Shown piece by piece: positions 63,318 to 64,000 of a stretch of 64,000 nt of DNA; position 1 is the first letter of the stretch; every line of letters begins with the position of its first letter. The position numbers and the translations under genes are program-made. This DNA is from Phyllosticta citribraziliensis (taxonomy: Eukaryota), in NCBI RefSeq assembly GCF_038025025.1, contig NW_027117344.1, positions 1,116,001-1,180,000 of the forward strand. The letters are read 5' to 3'. A model generated the notes under the pieces. The model was not told the origin of the DNA. It made no database searches and was given only the letters and a program-made list of their open reading frames with translations.

Positions 63318-64000
63318 ATGTCTCTCTCCAACAAGCTCGCCATCACCGACGTCGACCTCAAGGGCAAGCGCGTCCTGATCCGCGTACGTTTCCTCATAAC
63401 TTCAATGGCAAAGGCGCAGGGCTAAAACTTCCATAGGTCGACTTCAACGTCCCCCTTGATGGCGACAAGCAGATCACCAACAACCAGCGTATCGTCGGTG
63501 CTCTACCCACCATCAAGTACGCCGTTGAGAATGGCGCCAAGGCGGTCGTTCTGATGTCGCACCTGGGCCGTCCTGACGGCAAGCCCAACCCCAAGTACAG
63601 CCTGGCTCCCGTCGCCGCCGAGCTCGAGAAGCTGCTGAGCCGCAGCGTCGTCTTCACCAAGGACTGCGTTGGCCCCGAGGTCGAGGAGGCCGTCAACAAG
63701 GCCACCGACGGCCAGATTGTGCTGCTCGAGAACTTGCGCTTCCACGCCGAGGAGGAGGGCAGCTCCAAGGATGCCGAGGGCAAGAAGGTCAAGGCCGACA
63801 AGGCTGCTGTTGAGCAGTTCAGGAAGGGTCTCACTGCCCTGGGCGATGTCTACATCAGTAAGTTGACCCCACAGTGGGTGTCGAAAGACGAGACTTTGGA
63901 ACATCGCTGCACGCAGGCAGCGTTTGTTCACTGCCAGTTACGTCCAGAGTGTTGTCGTCTGCTCACACGGTTGCGCCTCGGGAGCAGTCGTTCACCATTG
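63318..64000 (+). CDS. PGK1: Phosphoglycerate kinase, 3'-truncated by the window edge
   Basis: [37 protein letters not shown] and [13 protein letters not shown]. Intron 63384-63436; second intron starts at 63858 and runs off the window. Confidence 0.97.

Noticed and set aside
1..64000. CRISPR arrays, tRNA/rRNA genes, transposons, or a secondary-metabolite cluster
   Set aside because: No repeat-spacer arrays, cloverleaf or box A/B patterns, TIR/LTR pairs, transposase or RT motifs, or PKS/NRPS domains were seen. The genes are functionally unrelated housekeeping loci.

Overview
Eukaryotic genomic DNA, most likely from a filamentous ascomycete (Pezizomycotina). It is GC-rich, with short GT-AG introns (mostly 45-65 nt) carrying CTRAC branch points. 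I could hand-splice about 19 protein-coding genes, mostly conserved housekeeping genes: a partial carboxylesterase, a La/LARP1-like protein, UBA2, an SDR reductase, ELC1, NAS6, SGM1/TMF, an HMG-box TF, PSF1, a VSB1-like SLC26-STAS-cNMP transporter, a Meu6-like PH protein, a UBTD-like protein, a mitochondrial HMG protein, NUP120, RAD51, an AtuA/DUF1446 protein and a partial PGK1. I found no tRNA, rRNA, CRISPR array or transposon. The most striking observation is at 18931-22013 (minus strand). An intact amidohydrolase-2 (aromatic-acid decarboxylase-like) ORF can be spliced in frame, through three canonical introns, onto a protein with two C2H2 fingers and four CX2CX17CX2C GATA-type fingers. This predicts a 947-aa enzyme/transcription-factor fusion, while retention of intron 1 gives the stand-alone enzyme. 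Other points of note are a G8-homopolymer frameshift in the UBTD-like gene, a compact structured intron in the SDR gene, and micro-exons in NAS6. All family assignments come from recognising motifs by eye; no database search was run.
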